DNA of 64,000 bases, taken from NCBI GenBank assembly GCA_964646995.1, contig CAZYIF010000007.1, positions 908 to 64,907 of the forward strand. Reading direction: 5' to 3'. This document shows, piece after piece, positions 29,561 through 38,817 of the stretch. A program made the translations under genes and the position numbers. The stretch comes from an uncultured Gammaproteobacteria bacterium (GTDB lineage Bacteria > Pseudomonadota > Gammaproteobacteria > CAZYIF01). The notes under the pieces were generated by a model. It did no database searches and was not told where the DNA came from. It saw only the letters and a program-made list of their open reading frames with translations. Position 1 is the stretch's first letter, and every line of letters begins with the position of its first letter.

Positions 29561-30004
29561 TTAAATTTTCACACCTATTGTGATATGAAACCCTATTGAA
29601 TAGCCCTTAAAACACAAAAGATCAGGTAAACCATATTCCTTTCTTAATTGCATCAAGGAGAATGATTCAATTAACAGTGCATAATATATTTTGGCGCCAA
29701 TTTCAGCAGAGATAATATCTTTCACAAAAAAACGGTGTTCTTGCTGCAAATCATTGACATGCACATTTTTACTTTCTTCTGGATAAATAACAGTAATGTG
29801 CGCCCCTATAGATTTCTCACCAAAATACTCTGGTTTTTTGATGTTCTTATCCTCTAACAAAGGAAATAATTGATGAATATAAGCGTCATCGATATTCAGA
29901 CAAAATAAATTATTTTCTGTTACTTGCGTGTTTCCTTTTGATGGTAAGCACCGAGCAACATCAATAATCTTGGCACGTTTTAATGCAGTAATATGGGGTG
30001 TCAT
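29561..30004 (-). CDS. Small hypothetical protein with two H-x-T-x motifs (candidate 2H phosphoesterase superfamily)
   Basis: 147 aa in visibly AT-rich sequence. GAHITVIY (His69/Thr71) and GFHITIGV (His140/Thr142) fit the H-h-T/S-h pair that defines 2H phosphoesterases. A third, PHITAL, lies at residues 3-8. Confidence 0.5.
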   Translation of the reverse strand: MTPHITALKRAKIIDVARCLPSKGNTQVTENNLFCLNIDDAYIHQLFPLLEDKNIKKPEYFGEKSIGAHITVIYPEESKNVHVNDLQQEHRFFVKDIISAEIGAKIYYALLIESFSLMQLRKEYGLPDLLCFKGYSIGFHITIGVKI

Positions 30005-30200
30005 TTTTAACTGCTCATCTCATCAACTTATTTTATCTATCGCAATATTTCCGGGATAACCATAATTTCTGATATTGCGTGATCTGACACTATGCAGATC
30101 CGTCCAGTACTCATTTGAGAGAAGCGGCTTCGAGAATTTACGTTACAAATTCCCTACAAGGAAAATATCTGTTCTAACTGGCTGATAAAATGGATTTAAT

Positions 30201-30277
<77 letters not shown>

Positions 30278-30310
30278 GTGCTCTCTCAGTGGAAAATCGA
30301 CACATATGAA

Positions 30311-32179
30311 TTATACAGTAGTATCGTCAAAATCATCCAGAAAACTCAACAGCCGTTCGGAACGACTGGGATGACGCAACTTACGCAGTGCTTTGGCTTC
30401 TATTTGCCGGATCCGTTCGCGTGTCACATCAAATTGTTTGCCCACCTCTTCTAAGGTGTGATCGGTATTCATGTCTATGCCAAAACGCATACGCAATACC
30501 TTGGCTTCACGCGCCGTCAGCGATGCCAACACTTCACGTGTCACTTCGCTCAAGCTCACATTCGTCGCCGAATCCAACGGCGATGGGATACTGCTGTCTT
30601 CAATAAAATCACCTAAATGTGAGTCTTCGTCATCGCCAATGGGCGTCTCCATGGAAATAGGTTCTTTCGCGATTTTTAATACTTTGCGCACCTTATCTTC
30701 CGGCATGTCCATGCGCATGCTCAACTCTTCAGGGGTCGGCTCCTGTCCTGTCTCTTGCAAAATTTGTCGTGAAATACGGTTTAGCTTATTGATGGTTTCA
30801 ATCATGTGCACAGGAATACGTATGGTGCGCGCTTGATCCGCGATAGAACGCGTAATTGCCTGGCGAATCCACCACGTGGCATACGTCGAAAACTTATAAC
30901 CGCGGCGATATTCAAACTTATCTACCGCTTTCATCAGACCGATATTGCCCTCTTGGATGAGGTCGAGAAATTGCAAACCTCGATTCGTGTATTTCTTCGC
31001 GATGGAAATCACTAAGCGCAAATTGGCCTCTACCATTTCTTTCTTAGCGCGGCGTGCCTTAGCCTCACCGATAGACATTCTGCGATTGATGTCTTTGATT
31101 TCCTTGATCGTCAATTGATGCTCTTGTTCCAACGCGATAATCTTGCGCTGGGCACGTGATATATCATCGGCAAACATTTCTAAACTGGCAACATGTGGCT
31201 GTCCTGACGCTAATTCACGATCCAGCCATTCGGGATCTGTTTCATTGCCAATAAAACCAGCGATAAAACGCTTACGTGGCATTTTTGCCTTACGTACACA
31301 CAAACTCATCACGATACGCTCTTGCTCACGCAACTGATCGAGCATGGCGCGCATCTTTGCCGATAATTTATCAAACTGACGCGGCATTAGTTTAAAGTTA
31401 ACAAATAACTCGGCCAACTCTTTACGCAGACGACGCGAAGTCTTGTGATCTCTGCCGTGCTTACGCTCCGCTTCCGCGGCTTTCTTGTAGCACGATTCGA
31501 GTTCGGTGAAACGCTCCCGCGCCAACTCTGGATCAGGCCCGGTATCTAAGCCACTGTCTGCAACCGTCGTATCATCTTCATCATCAACCAACACCGCTTC
31601 TTCATCTACGCTAGCTTGCGACGCTAACAAACTCTCTTCCGCGCTTTGCACCAACAATGCATCGTCTACATCGGCATAGCCCGAGATGATGTCTGCCAAA
31701 CGCACTTCATCAATGGCTACCTTCGCATACTCTGTGAGAATATCGGCAACGTTAGCCGGGTAGTCGGCAACCGCGTAGGCCATTTGGCGCAAGCCTTCTT
31801 CTATGCGTCTAGCAATCGCTATCTCGCCCTCGCGGGTCAGCAATTCGACCGTACCCATCTCACGCATGTACATGCGCACAGGATCCGTCGTTCGCCCAAA
31901 TTCACCATCCACTGTGACCAGGGCCGCCGCTGCTTCTTCCGCCATTTCTTCATCGGTAGTGCTATTGGCTTCGCTGAGCATCAAGGTGTCTGCGTCAGGC
32001 GTACTTTCGTAAACGGTGATCCCCATCACGTTGATCATGCCGATGATGTCTTCTATTTGTTCAGGATCAACAATTTCTGGCGGCAGGTGATCGTTGACTT
32101 GGGCATAAGTCAAATACCCCTGTTCTTTACCGTGCGCAATTAACAATTGCAGCTGCGATCGTTGCTGTTCCTTATCCAT
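30311..32179 (-). CDS. rpoD: RNA polymerase sigma factor RpoD (sigma-70)
   Basis: 622 aa. Regions 1.1-4.2 include [27 protein letters not shown] and [30 protein letters not shown]. Confidence 0.97.
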   Translation of the reverse strand: MDKEQQRSQLQLLIAHGKEQGYLTYAQVNDHLPPEIVDPEQIEDIIGMINVMGITVYESTPDADTLMLSEANSTTDEEMAEEAAAALVTVDGEFGRTTDPVRMYMREMGTVELLTREGEIAIARRIEEGLRQMAYAVADYPANVADILTEYAKVAIDEVRLADIISGYADVDDALLVQSAEESLLASQASVDEEAVLVDDEDDTTVADSGLDTGPDPELARERFTELESCYKKAAEAERKHGRDHKTSRRLRKELAELFVNFKLMPRQFDKLSAKMRAMLDQLREQERIVMSLCVRKAKMPRKRFIAGFIGNETDPEWLDRELASGQPHVASLEMFADDISRAQRKIIALEQEHQLTIKEIKDINRRMSIGEAKARRAKKEMVEANLRLVISIAKKYTNRGLQFLDLIQEGNIGLMKAVDKFEYRRGYKFSTYATWWIRQAITRSIADQARTIRIPVHMIETINKLNRISRQILQETGQEPTPEELSMRMDMPEDKVRKVLKIAKEPISMETPIGDDEDSHLGDFIEDSSIPSPLDSATNVSLSEVTREVLASLTAREAKVLRMRFGIDMNTDHTLEEVGKQFDVTRERIRQIEAKALRKLRHPSRSERLLSFLDDFDDTTV

Positions 32180-32316
32180 AGCTTAAGGAGCCCCATTAGT
32201 TGTGGAAACTGTGATTTTAACGAGAACTGAAAATCCAAGCTAGTTTTTTCTCGTGTTTCACCTAAGAATTTCAATAAACCGAAGTAATCTGGCAACGCAC
32301 CCCTGCTTGCCTTACC

Positions 32317-34062
32317 TCAAGGCTGCTGTTCGGCAATTAATCCTTGCAGTAATTGTTTCTCTGCATACTCTAATCCTTGTAAATTGGCCTTAACCAACAA
32401 CATCTCAATTTTTTTCTCACGGCACAAATACCGTAGACGTCGCACAGCACCCTCAAATTCCGCCACCAATTCAGCCTCCGGCAATTGATGCTCCCAAACC
32501 GCCAATTTCTGCAAATAGCTATGCTGTGGGGTGCCGCGCCAGCGCTCTAGTAAGCTACCCGTGGTCAACTGTGGTTGTTGCAACAAACAAGTTACCAATT
32601 GGCAGAAAATTGCCAAGCCAGGCAGTTGTACTGTCTCATCGACTCCCTCCAGATCCACCTGCTGCGCCAACTGGGGAAACTGCAACAATAAACTAACCGC
32701 CAAACGCATCGGTGGAGGAGGCGCTGTTTCACCCTCACGCGGTGTTGACGGATACGCACGCGCGGCGTGTATCGGCGTCGACTGCGCCACCGCACGCAAT
32801 TTATCCGGTGACATACGCACAACACCACTCATGCGCTCAAACAGCAATTGTTGCAGAATTTTGCCGGGCACCTGTGTGATAAGGGGTGCCGCTTGACTGG
32901 CTAAGCGCGCTAATCCATCTAAATGATTTAAGTTATTCTGCGCACTCAAATGCTGCAGTAAAAAATCCGGTAAGGAAATAGCTTGCTGCAAATACCGCTC
33001 AAATTCCGCCTTACCGTGCTGACGTATAAACGTATCCGGATCTTCTCTTTCGGGCAGAAATACAAAACGCAGTTGCCGCCCATCTTGTAATAACGCCAAG
33101 CTGATTTCCAAGGCGCGCCATGCCGCTTGGCGCCCGGCATTATCACCGTCAAAACAACAGACGATGGTATCGGTATAACGGAATAAACGTTGCAAATGCT
33201 CCGTGGTAGTCGCCGTACCCAGTGTGGCTACCGCATACTCTACACCCTGCTCCGCTAACGCCAACACATCCATATACCCTTCGACCACTAAAATTTGGGT
33301 CAGGCGCCGTTTGGTTTGCAATACTTCGTATAAACCATACAATTCCCGCCCCTTTTGAAAAATAGGCGTCTCTGGCGAATTTAAATATTTCGGTAAGCGA
33401 TTATCGAGTACACGTCCACCAAACCCTAACACCTGTCCTCTGGCGTTGCGAATAGGAAACATCAAACGTTCACGAAAACGATCGTACACGTTGCCTTTGT
33501 CATTCGTAATCAACATGCCTGCATTGGATAGTGCCTGTTGCTGCTGCGCGTCACATCCAAAGCGCCGTAACACATTGTCCCAGCCAGAGGGTGCGAAGCC
33601 CACCGCAAAACGTACACAGGTTTCGCGGGATAAACCACGTGCCTTAACGTATGCACTAGCACTAGGTTCTTGCCACAATTGTTGTTGGTAATACGCTGAA
33701 ATGTCTGCTAGTACCTGACTCAACACCGTTTTTTGATCGTGTTGTTTGCTGGCGGCAAGGGCTTCTTTCGGTACGTCCACGCCGATCTGCGCGGCTAAGG
33801 TTTCCACGGCTTCCACGAAACTCAAGCGCTCGTAATCCATCAAAAAACTAATCACATTGCCGCCTGCTCCGCAACCGAAACAATGGAAAAATTGTTTGGC
33901 TTGACTAACACTGAAGGACGGTGATTTTTCATCGTGAAAGGGGCAACAGGCCATGTAATTCGTGCCGCGACGCTGCAGCTTAACTCTGCTGTTGATCACC
34001 TCTACAATATCGACGCGCGCAAGCAAGGCGTCGATAAAACCACGCGGGATTAATCCACTCAT
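32317..34062 (-). CDS. dnaG: DNA primase
   Basis: 581 aa. Zinc ribbon CCPFHDEKSPSF...CFGCGAGG, a TOPRIM domain (VVEGYMDV, CFDGDNAG) and a C-terminal DnaB-binding domain. Confidence 0.95.
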   Translation of the reverse strand: MSGLIPRGFIDALLARVDIVEVINSRVKLQRRGTNYMACCPFHDEKSPSFSVSQAKQFFHCFGCGAGGNVISFLMDYERLSFVEAVETLAAQIGVDVPKEALAASKQHDQKTVLSQVLADISAYYQQQLWQEPSASAYVKARGLSRETCVRFAVGFAPSGWDNVLRRFGCDAQQQQALSNAGMLITNDKGNVYDRFRERLMFPIRNARGQVLGFGGRVLDNRLPKYLNSPETPIFQKGRELYGLYEVLQTKRRLTQILVVEGYMDVLALAEQGVEYAVATLGTATTTEHLQRLFRYTDTIVCCFDGDNAGRQAAWRALEISLALLQDGRQLRFVFLPEREDPDTFIRQHGKAEFERYLQQAISLPDFLLQHLSAQNNLNHLDGLARLASQAAPLITQVPGKILQQLLFERMSGVVRMSPDKLRAVAQSTPIHAARAYPSTPREGETAPPPPMRLAVSLLLQFPQLAQQVDLEGVDETVQLPGLAIFCQLVTCLLQQPQLTTGSLLERWRGTPQHSYLQKLAVWEHQLPEAELVAEFEGAVRRLRYLCREKKIEMLLVKANLQGLEYAEKQLLQGLIAEQQP

Positions 34063-34106
34063 ATGCTCTCTATCAACGGATAAAAGGAATAAAAGCTACA
34101 CCGTGC

Positions 34107-34559
34107 TCAGTGTAGCAGTTGTTTGACTTGCTCGCCGACTATTTTCATATCGACGCGGCCCTCGACGTGGGGCTTGATATGCTGCATAACTTTACCCATG
34201 TCTTTTACGGATTGCGCGCCCAGCTCTGCTATCGCCTGGGTAATGAGGCGCGTGACCTCCGCGGCAGCAAGCGGTTCTGGTAAATAGGTGCAAATCACCT
34301 CTACCTCAAACACTTCTTTGTCAACAAGATCTTGTCGACTGGCTTGCTCAAAGTGCATGATCGACTCGCGACGTTGCTTCACCATCTTGTCCAACACGGT
34401 CAGCACCTGCGAATCGGTCAACACAATACGCTCATCCACTTCGATTTGCTTGATAGCGGCAAGAATCAAGCGAATAACCGATAAACGCTGCTTATCTTGC
34501 GCGCGCATGGCGCTCTTCATGTCTTCTTGTATGCGGGCCTTCAGTACGGGTTCTGTCAT
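34107..34559 (-). CDS. yqeY: GatB/YqeY-domain protein
   Basis: Start at ATG 34559 (MTEPVLKARIQEDMKSAMRAQDK...). Typical YqeY sequence. Located between rpsU and dnaG. Confidence 0.85.
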   Translation of the reverse strand: MTEPVLKARIQEDMKSAMRAQDKQRLSVIRLILAAIKQIEVDERIVLTDSQVLTVLDKMVKQRRESIMHFEQASRQDLVDKEVFEVEVICTYLPEPLAAAEVTRLITQAIAELGAQSVKDMGKVMQHIKPHVEGRVDMKIVGEQVKQLLH

Positions 34560-34578
34560 GTCAGCTCCACACCGGCCA

Positions 34579-34818
34579 TTAGGCTTGCTCGTTGCGCTTG
34601 CGATCACGTACATCGCGTGGCTGTGGCGCCTCACGTTGCACTTTTTTGATATAGCGTTTGACGGCAGCGGCCGCTTTGCGCTTACGTACCTCGGTTGGCT
34701 TTTCGTAGGCTACACGACGACGCACTTCACTTAACACACCTGCTTTTTCACACGCGCGCTTAAAACGGCGCAGCGCAAATTCAGCTTCTTCATTTTCTCT
34801 TACACGAACTCTGGGCAT
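34579..34818 (-). CDS. rpsU: 30S ribosomal protein S21
   Basis: [35 protein letters not shown]... closely matches the S21 consensus. Confidence 0.95.
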   Translation of the reverse strand: MPRVRVRENEEAEFALRRFKRACEKAGVLSEVRRRVAYEKPTEVRKRKAAAAVKRYIKKVQREAPQPRDVRDRKRNEQA

Positions 34819-35052
34819 TACTCCCCACCTTTCAAAGTTAATTAAGTATCAAAAAGCCGCCCATTCTAGGCATTAATATGGGAATTTGCAAGCAACTATT
34901 CAGCAAAAAAGCGGAAATGAACGCAGTTTGTGTCTGTTTTTTGTTCTTATGGCGTACGGGTACGTCATTGACTCGCTACTAGGCAAAAAGTAACATGCTA
35001 CTCGATACAGCCACTTACAACCTAAATCATACGGCACTTCCCAAGGGCAAAC

Positions 35053-36078
35053 ATGCGCATAGTATTAGGTATAGAAACTTCCTGCGATGACACAGGTATC
35101 GCTATCTACGACGGCGAGCGTGGCTTACTCGCCCATCAACTCTACAGTCAAACCACGGTGCACCAGCCCTTTGGTGGTGTAGTCCCAGAATTAGCCGCAC
35201 GCGATCACATCCAAAAAATACTACCACTCCTACAACAAACCCTGCGCCAAGCTAATTTAGACAAACGATCCATAGAGGGCATAGCTTATACGGCTGGACC
35301 TGGCTTGCTCGGCGCCTTGCTTGTGGGTGCAGCGGTAGGACGCAGCCTGGGTTGGGCTTGGAATATTCCCACACTAGGCATACACCACATGGAAGGACAC
35401 TTGCTCGCGCCCCTGTTAGATGAACCCAAACCACCGTTTCCTTTTATCGCCCTGCTCGTCTCCGGCGGACACACCCAATTGATCGATGTTAACGGCATAG
35501 GACAGTACCAATTGCTGGGCCAAACCCTAGATGATGCCGTAGGCGAAGCCTTTGACAAAAGTGCAAAATTACTCGGCCTAGGCTACCCTGGCGGACCCGC
35601 ACTCGCCCAGTTAGCCGCACGCGGCAATCCAAAACGCTTCTGTTTTCCGCGTCCTATGTTGCACAAAGGCGAGCTGGATTTTAGTTTCAGTGGCTTAAAA
35701 ACCTGCGTATTACGCACGTGGCAAACCTGCCAGCAAACTGATCAAGATCGTGCAGACATCGCCTGTGCGTTTCAAGCCGCTGCAGTGGACATACTCGTAC
35801 ATAAATGCCAACGCGCCCTTGCACAAACGCACCGGCAACGTTTAGTGGTTGCCGGTGGCGTCAGTGCCAACCAGCGACTGCGCGATACACTGCATACACA
35901 ACTGGGTGCGCAAGGCTATACGACATTTTTCCCCAGAACAGCGTTTTGCACGGACAACGGTGCAATGATCGCTTACGCAGGTTACTTGCGTTTGCAAGCA
36001 GGACAACGCGACACAACAGAGATCTGCGCCCGTGCCCGGTGGGATCTGCAAGAACTCAGCGAGATCCCTTGCGCGTAA
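35053..36078 (+). CDS. tsaD: tRNA N6-adenosine threonylcarbamoyltransferase TsaD
   Basis: 341 aa. [16 protein letters not shown] and SGGHT motifs. Divergent from rpsU, as in E. coli. Confidence 0.95.
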   Translation: MRIVLGIETSCDDTGIAIYDGERGLLAHQLYSQTTVHQPFGGVVPELAARDHIQKILPLLQQTLRQANLDKRSIEGIAYTAGPGLLGALLVGAAVGRSLGWAWNIPTLGIHHMEGHLLAPLLDEPKPPFPFIALLVSGGHTQLIDVNGIGQYQLLGQTLDDAVGEAFDKSAKLLGLGYPGGPALAQLAARGNPKRFCFPRPMLHKGELDFSFSGLKTCVLRTWQTCQQTDQDRADIACAFQAAAVDILVHKCQRALAQTHRQRLVVAGGVSANQRLRDTLHTQLGAQGYTTFFPRTAFCTDNGAMIAYAGYLRLQAGQRDTTEICARARWDLQELSEIPCA

Positions 36079-36091
36079 GATTAGGAATAAC

Positions 36092-36255
36092 GTAACTATG
36101 AGATAGTGCTATTTTGCTTGAAAATATTTTCTCTACGCAACGGGAATTCTCAAGGGGAAGAATCGCGATTCTCCGCTGAGAATGCCGTTAAGCCCAGTTT
36201 TACTGGGTAGGCGTAAAATCAAAGGTAACTATTCAGCAACATGCTGAATAGTTAC
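36092..36255 (-). repeat. Family A element, type I, reverse orientation
   Basis: GTAACTATGAGA...TTTTGCTTGAAAAT...CTCTACGCAACGGG...GAGAATCGCGATTCTCC...GCCGTTAAGCCCAGTTTTACTGGGTAGGCGTAAAATCAAAGGTAACTATTCAGCAACATGCTGAATAGTTAC. Its last TAA is the plsY stop codon (36254-36252). Confidence 0.9.
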
Positions 36256-36836
36256 GAATAACGTACCTTCGTTTCAGTGCCATCAAGTAAACGTTCAATA
36301 TTAACTTTGTGGCGCCACACTAAAATAACCGTTGCTAAGATGATCGGTAACACATAAGCGGGAGGAGCAAACCACTGTGCTAAGCACACGGCAGTAACCG
36401 CTGCTACTAAAGCAGCGAGAGAAGAATAACGCGTCACCACCAACACGAGTATCCAAACAACACAAGCCAGCGAACCTATCGTGGGGGTCAGTGCGAGTAA
36501 CGCACCACCCACTGTGGCTACACCTTTTCCCCCTTTAAACCCAAAAAACACGGGGAAGATATGCCCTAACAACACAGACAACATCACCATGCCCAAGGCA
36601 ATACCAGAAACACCCACTGCTTTTGCCAACAAGATGGCGAGCACACCCTTAAACATATCGCCAACTAACACCGCAATAGCGATGCGTTTGCCTGCAATGC
36701 GTAATACATTAGTCGCACCGGGATTACCTGAACCATCACAACGTGGATCCGGCAATTTCAACAACCGGCAAACAATAATTGCACTGGATAATGAGCCTAA
36801 TAAATAAGCAATAACCCACGCTATACTGGTCAACAT
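36252..36836 (-). CDS. plsY: Glycerol-3-phosphate acyltransferase PlsY
   Basis: 194 aa, multi-TM. Motifs GSGNPGATNVLR and FKGGKGVAT. Confidence 0.95.
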   Translation of the reverse strand: MLTSIAWVIAYLLGSLSSAIIVCRLLKLPDPRCDGSGNPGATNVLRIAGKRIAIAVLVGDMFKGVLAILLAKAVGVSGIALGMVMLSVLLGHIFPVFFGFKGGKGVATVGGALLALTPTIGSLACVVWILVLVVTRYSSLAALVAAVTAVCLAQWFAPPAYVLPIILATVILVWRHKVNIERLLDGTETKVRYS

Positions 36837-36980
36837 GTTTTTTCCTTCTTAACTTTGTTCGGCAACCGTGACAACGAATACCCGCAAAACAACACGGTTA
36901 ATGCGACCGCTCCAATCACAAGTGGTCCCGATTGTGCGGGATCTTCTACTATGGCGCAAGCAACGCAGCGCGTGTTGCCT

Positions 36981-37100
36981 AGTAACTATTCAACAAAGTA
37001 CTGAATCGTTACCCTTGATTTGACGCCTACCCAGTAAAACTGGGCTTAACGGCGCTTAAAGGGAGAATCCCCATCGCGTAATGAATCGTTCCTAGTTACT
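36981..37100 (+). repeat. Family A element, shortened type I copy
   Basis: GTAACTATTCAACAAAGTACTGAATCGTTACCCTTGATTTGACGCCTACCCAGTAAAACTGGGCTTAACGGCG...GGGAGAATCCCCATCGCGTAATGAATCGTTCCTAGTTAC. Confidence 0.85.
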
Positions 37101-37139
37101 AGAAAAAATAAGCAAAAAAATTTTCTGCACCATTACTGT

Positions 37140-37290
37140 TAATCCTACCTTGACGCCTACCCAGTAACACTGGGCTTAACGGCATTCTCAGCGGAGAATC
37201 GCGATTCTCCCCTTGAAAATCCCCATCGCGTAAAGAAAACGTCGCATTTTCAAGTGAAATCGTAATGCCTTGCAACTTTGCTGAATAGTT
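37140..37290 (+). repeat. Family A element, type I, tandem to the previous copy
   Basis: CCTTGACGCCTACCCAGTAACACTGGGCTTAACGGCATTCTCAGCGGAGAATCGCGATTCTCCCCTTGAAAATCCCCATCGCGTAAAGAAAAC...AATCGTAATGCCTTGCAACTTTGCTGAATAGTTG. Confidence 0.9.
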
Positions 37291-37448
37291 GCGTTGCCTA
37301 TTATTTTTCTGTGCTAACCCCCATGCGTCCACATTGCACATGTCAAACACACATTAAAAATGCGGGGAATAGCCCCTAGGTAATAACAGGGTCTTTTGTT
37401 ATGATTCATCCTCAGTGTTTACCGAATGCTAACACCACAAGGAATACC

Positions 37449-38024
37449 ATGAGTGCCACCCACTTGATTTGGATAGATTTAGAAATGACGGGGTTAAATG
37501 TAGAATCTAACCGCATTATTGAAATCGCTACCGCCATTACCGACGCACAACTACAAATAATTGCTGAAGGTCCTGTTTTAGTCATACAACAAACCGCGGC
37601 ACACTTGGCAACCATGGATGCGTGGAACACCAAACAACACACGCAATCTGGCTTGCTGGCGCGCGTGCAACAAAGCACACTCACCGAAGACGACGCACAA
37701 ACGCTAACTCTCGCCTTTCTACAACAACACGTGCCGGCAGGTAAGTTACCGATGTGTGGTAACAGCATCTGTCAAGACAGGCGTTTTTTATATCGCTACA
37801 TGCCGCGTCTGGAGGCCTTTTTTCATTACCGCAACCTAGACGTCAGCAGCATTAAAGAACTCGCCACGCGTTGGGCCCCAGACATATTGAAAGGTTTTAC
37901 CAAACAATCGCAACATTTAGCGATGAGTGATATCAAAGACTCTATCGCCGAATTACGCCATTACCAACAACACTTTTTTCGTCTGCCTGAGACACAGACT
38001 ACAGATACGCCGCCTGCGGAATAA
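37449..38024 (+). CDS. orn: Oligoribonuclease
   Basis: Start at ATG 37449 ([16 protein letters not shown]) after AAGGA. DEDDh exonuclease motifs (WIDLEMTGL; [12 protein letters not shown]; H in ...AMSDIKDSI). Confidence 0.92.
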   Translation: MSATHLIWIDLEMTGLNVESNRIIEIATAITDAQLQIIAEGPVLVIQQTAAHLATMDAWNTKQHTQSGLLARVQQSTLTEDDAQTLTLAFLQQHVPAGKLPMCGNSICQDRRFLYRYMPRLEAFFHYRNLDVSSIKELATRWAPDILKGFTKQSQHLAMSDIKDSIAELRHYQQHFFRLPETQTTDTPPAE

Positions 38025-38029
38025 GCATT

Positions 38030-38632
38030 ATGCCATGCCTATACACCACACCGTGGTATCCTCACTATAAACTCGCCGGCACGCCGGATAATACCAGGCT
38101 GTGCGCCTGGCTACGCACACGCAAGTCAGTTACCCGACAAATAGAAAAACAACGCCACATCACGCTGCATGTACGCATGCTGCACCAAGGCTGGGATTAT
38201 CCCGAACACGACGAAGCCATCCTGTTAGGCCTTACCCGTAAAGAAAAAGTGTGGGTACGTGAAATACATCTCATCTATGCGCAACAAGTTTTTATTTATG
38301 GCCGTTCGTTATTCACCCAGCACGTACGCCAACACGAACTCAACCAATTTCGACAATTTAATCAACGTCCGCTGGGATACTTTTTATTTTCGCGCGCCCA
38401 CTTAGTACGCGACCCATTTGTGTTTGCGAAACTGACGCCACACCATGCAACATACCACCGTGCCTTGCATACGCTCCCGTTAAACCCCACCCATCTGTGG
38501 GCCAGGTGCTCACGTTTGACCTTGGAACAACAGCCTATTTTATTGACCGAAGTTTTTTTACCTGACCTCTTACAGCAACCACAACGACCGTGTCGTGATC
38601 ATCACGATTCAATGCATAATCTATGCGAATGA
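38030..38632 (+). CDS. ubiC: Chorismate pyruvate-lyase
   Basis: Collinear with E. coli UbiC as I recall it: VWVREIHL, RPLGYFLF, ARCSRLTLEQQPILLTEVFLP. Confidence 0.8.
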   Translation: MPCLYTTPWYPHYKLAGTPDNTRLCAWLRTRKSVTRQIEKQRHITLHVRMLHQGWDYPEHDEAILLGLTRKEKVWVREIHLIYAQQVFIYGRSLFTQHVRQHELNQFRQFNQRPLGYFLFSRAHLVRDPFVFAKLTPHHATYHRALHTLPLNPTHLWARCSRLTLEQQPILLTEVFLPDLLQQPQRPCRDHHDSMHNLCE

Positions 38633-38758
38633 AATACAGTACCGCAGCATTCAACAACTCGGCCGCAAGCGACCGAGATTGTTTCCTTAATTGATTTCGC
38701 CTGCGCGAAATAAATTCGCGCAACGGCGACCCGAGGTTGAGCTATTACATAAGCGCCC

Positions 38759-38817
38759 CTCTGGACACCCCATCGCTTGATCTTACCCACAAGCGGATGA
38801 CCTCTTTCTTTAAAATA
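38759..38817 (-). repeat. Family A tail fragment
   Basis: CCCCATCGCTTGATCTTACCCACAAGCGGATGACCTCTTTCTTTAAAATA matches the tail of the 1679-1812 copy. The mrcA stop codon (38812-38810) lies in its terminal CTTTAAAA. Confidence 0.75.

Noticed and set aside
25045-30200. Integrase, prophage or att direct repeat for the tRNA-Ile2-adjacent islet
   Set aside because: No integrase-like or phage-like ORF occurs in any frame. By eye I could not find a copy of the tRNA 3' end at the distal boundary. I therefore report it as an islet, not a defined integrative element.
30388-34734. Plus-strand ORFs antisense to rpoD, dnaG and yqeY (e.g. 30471-30836, 31646-32143, 32531-32896, 34288-34734)
   Set aside because: They are shadow ORFs inside conserved genes.
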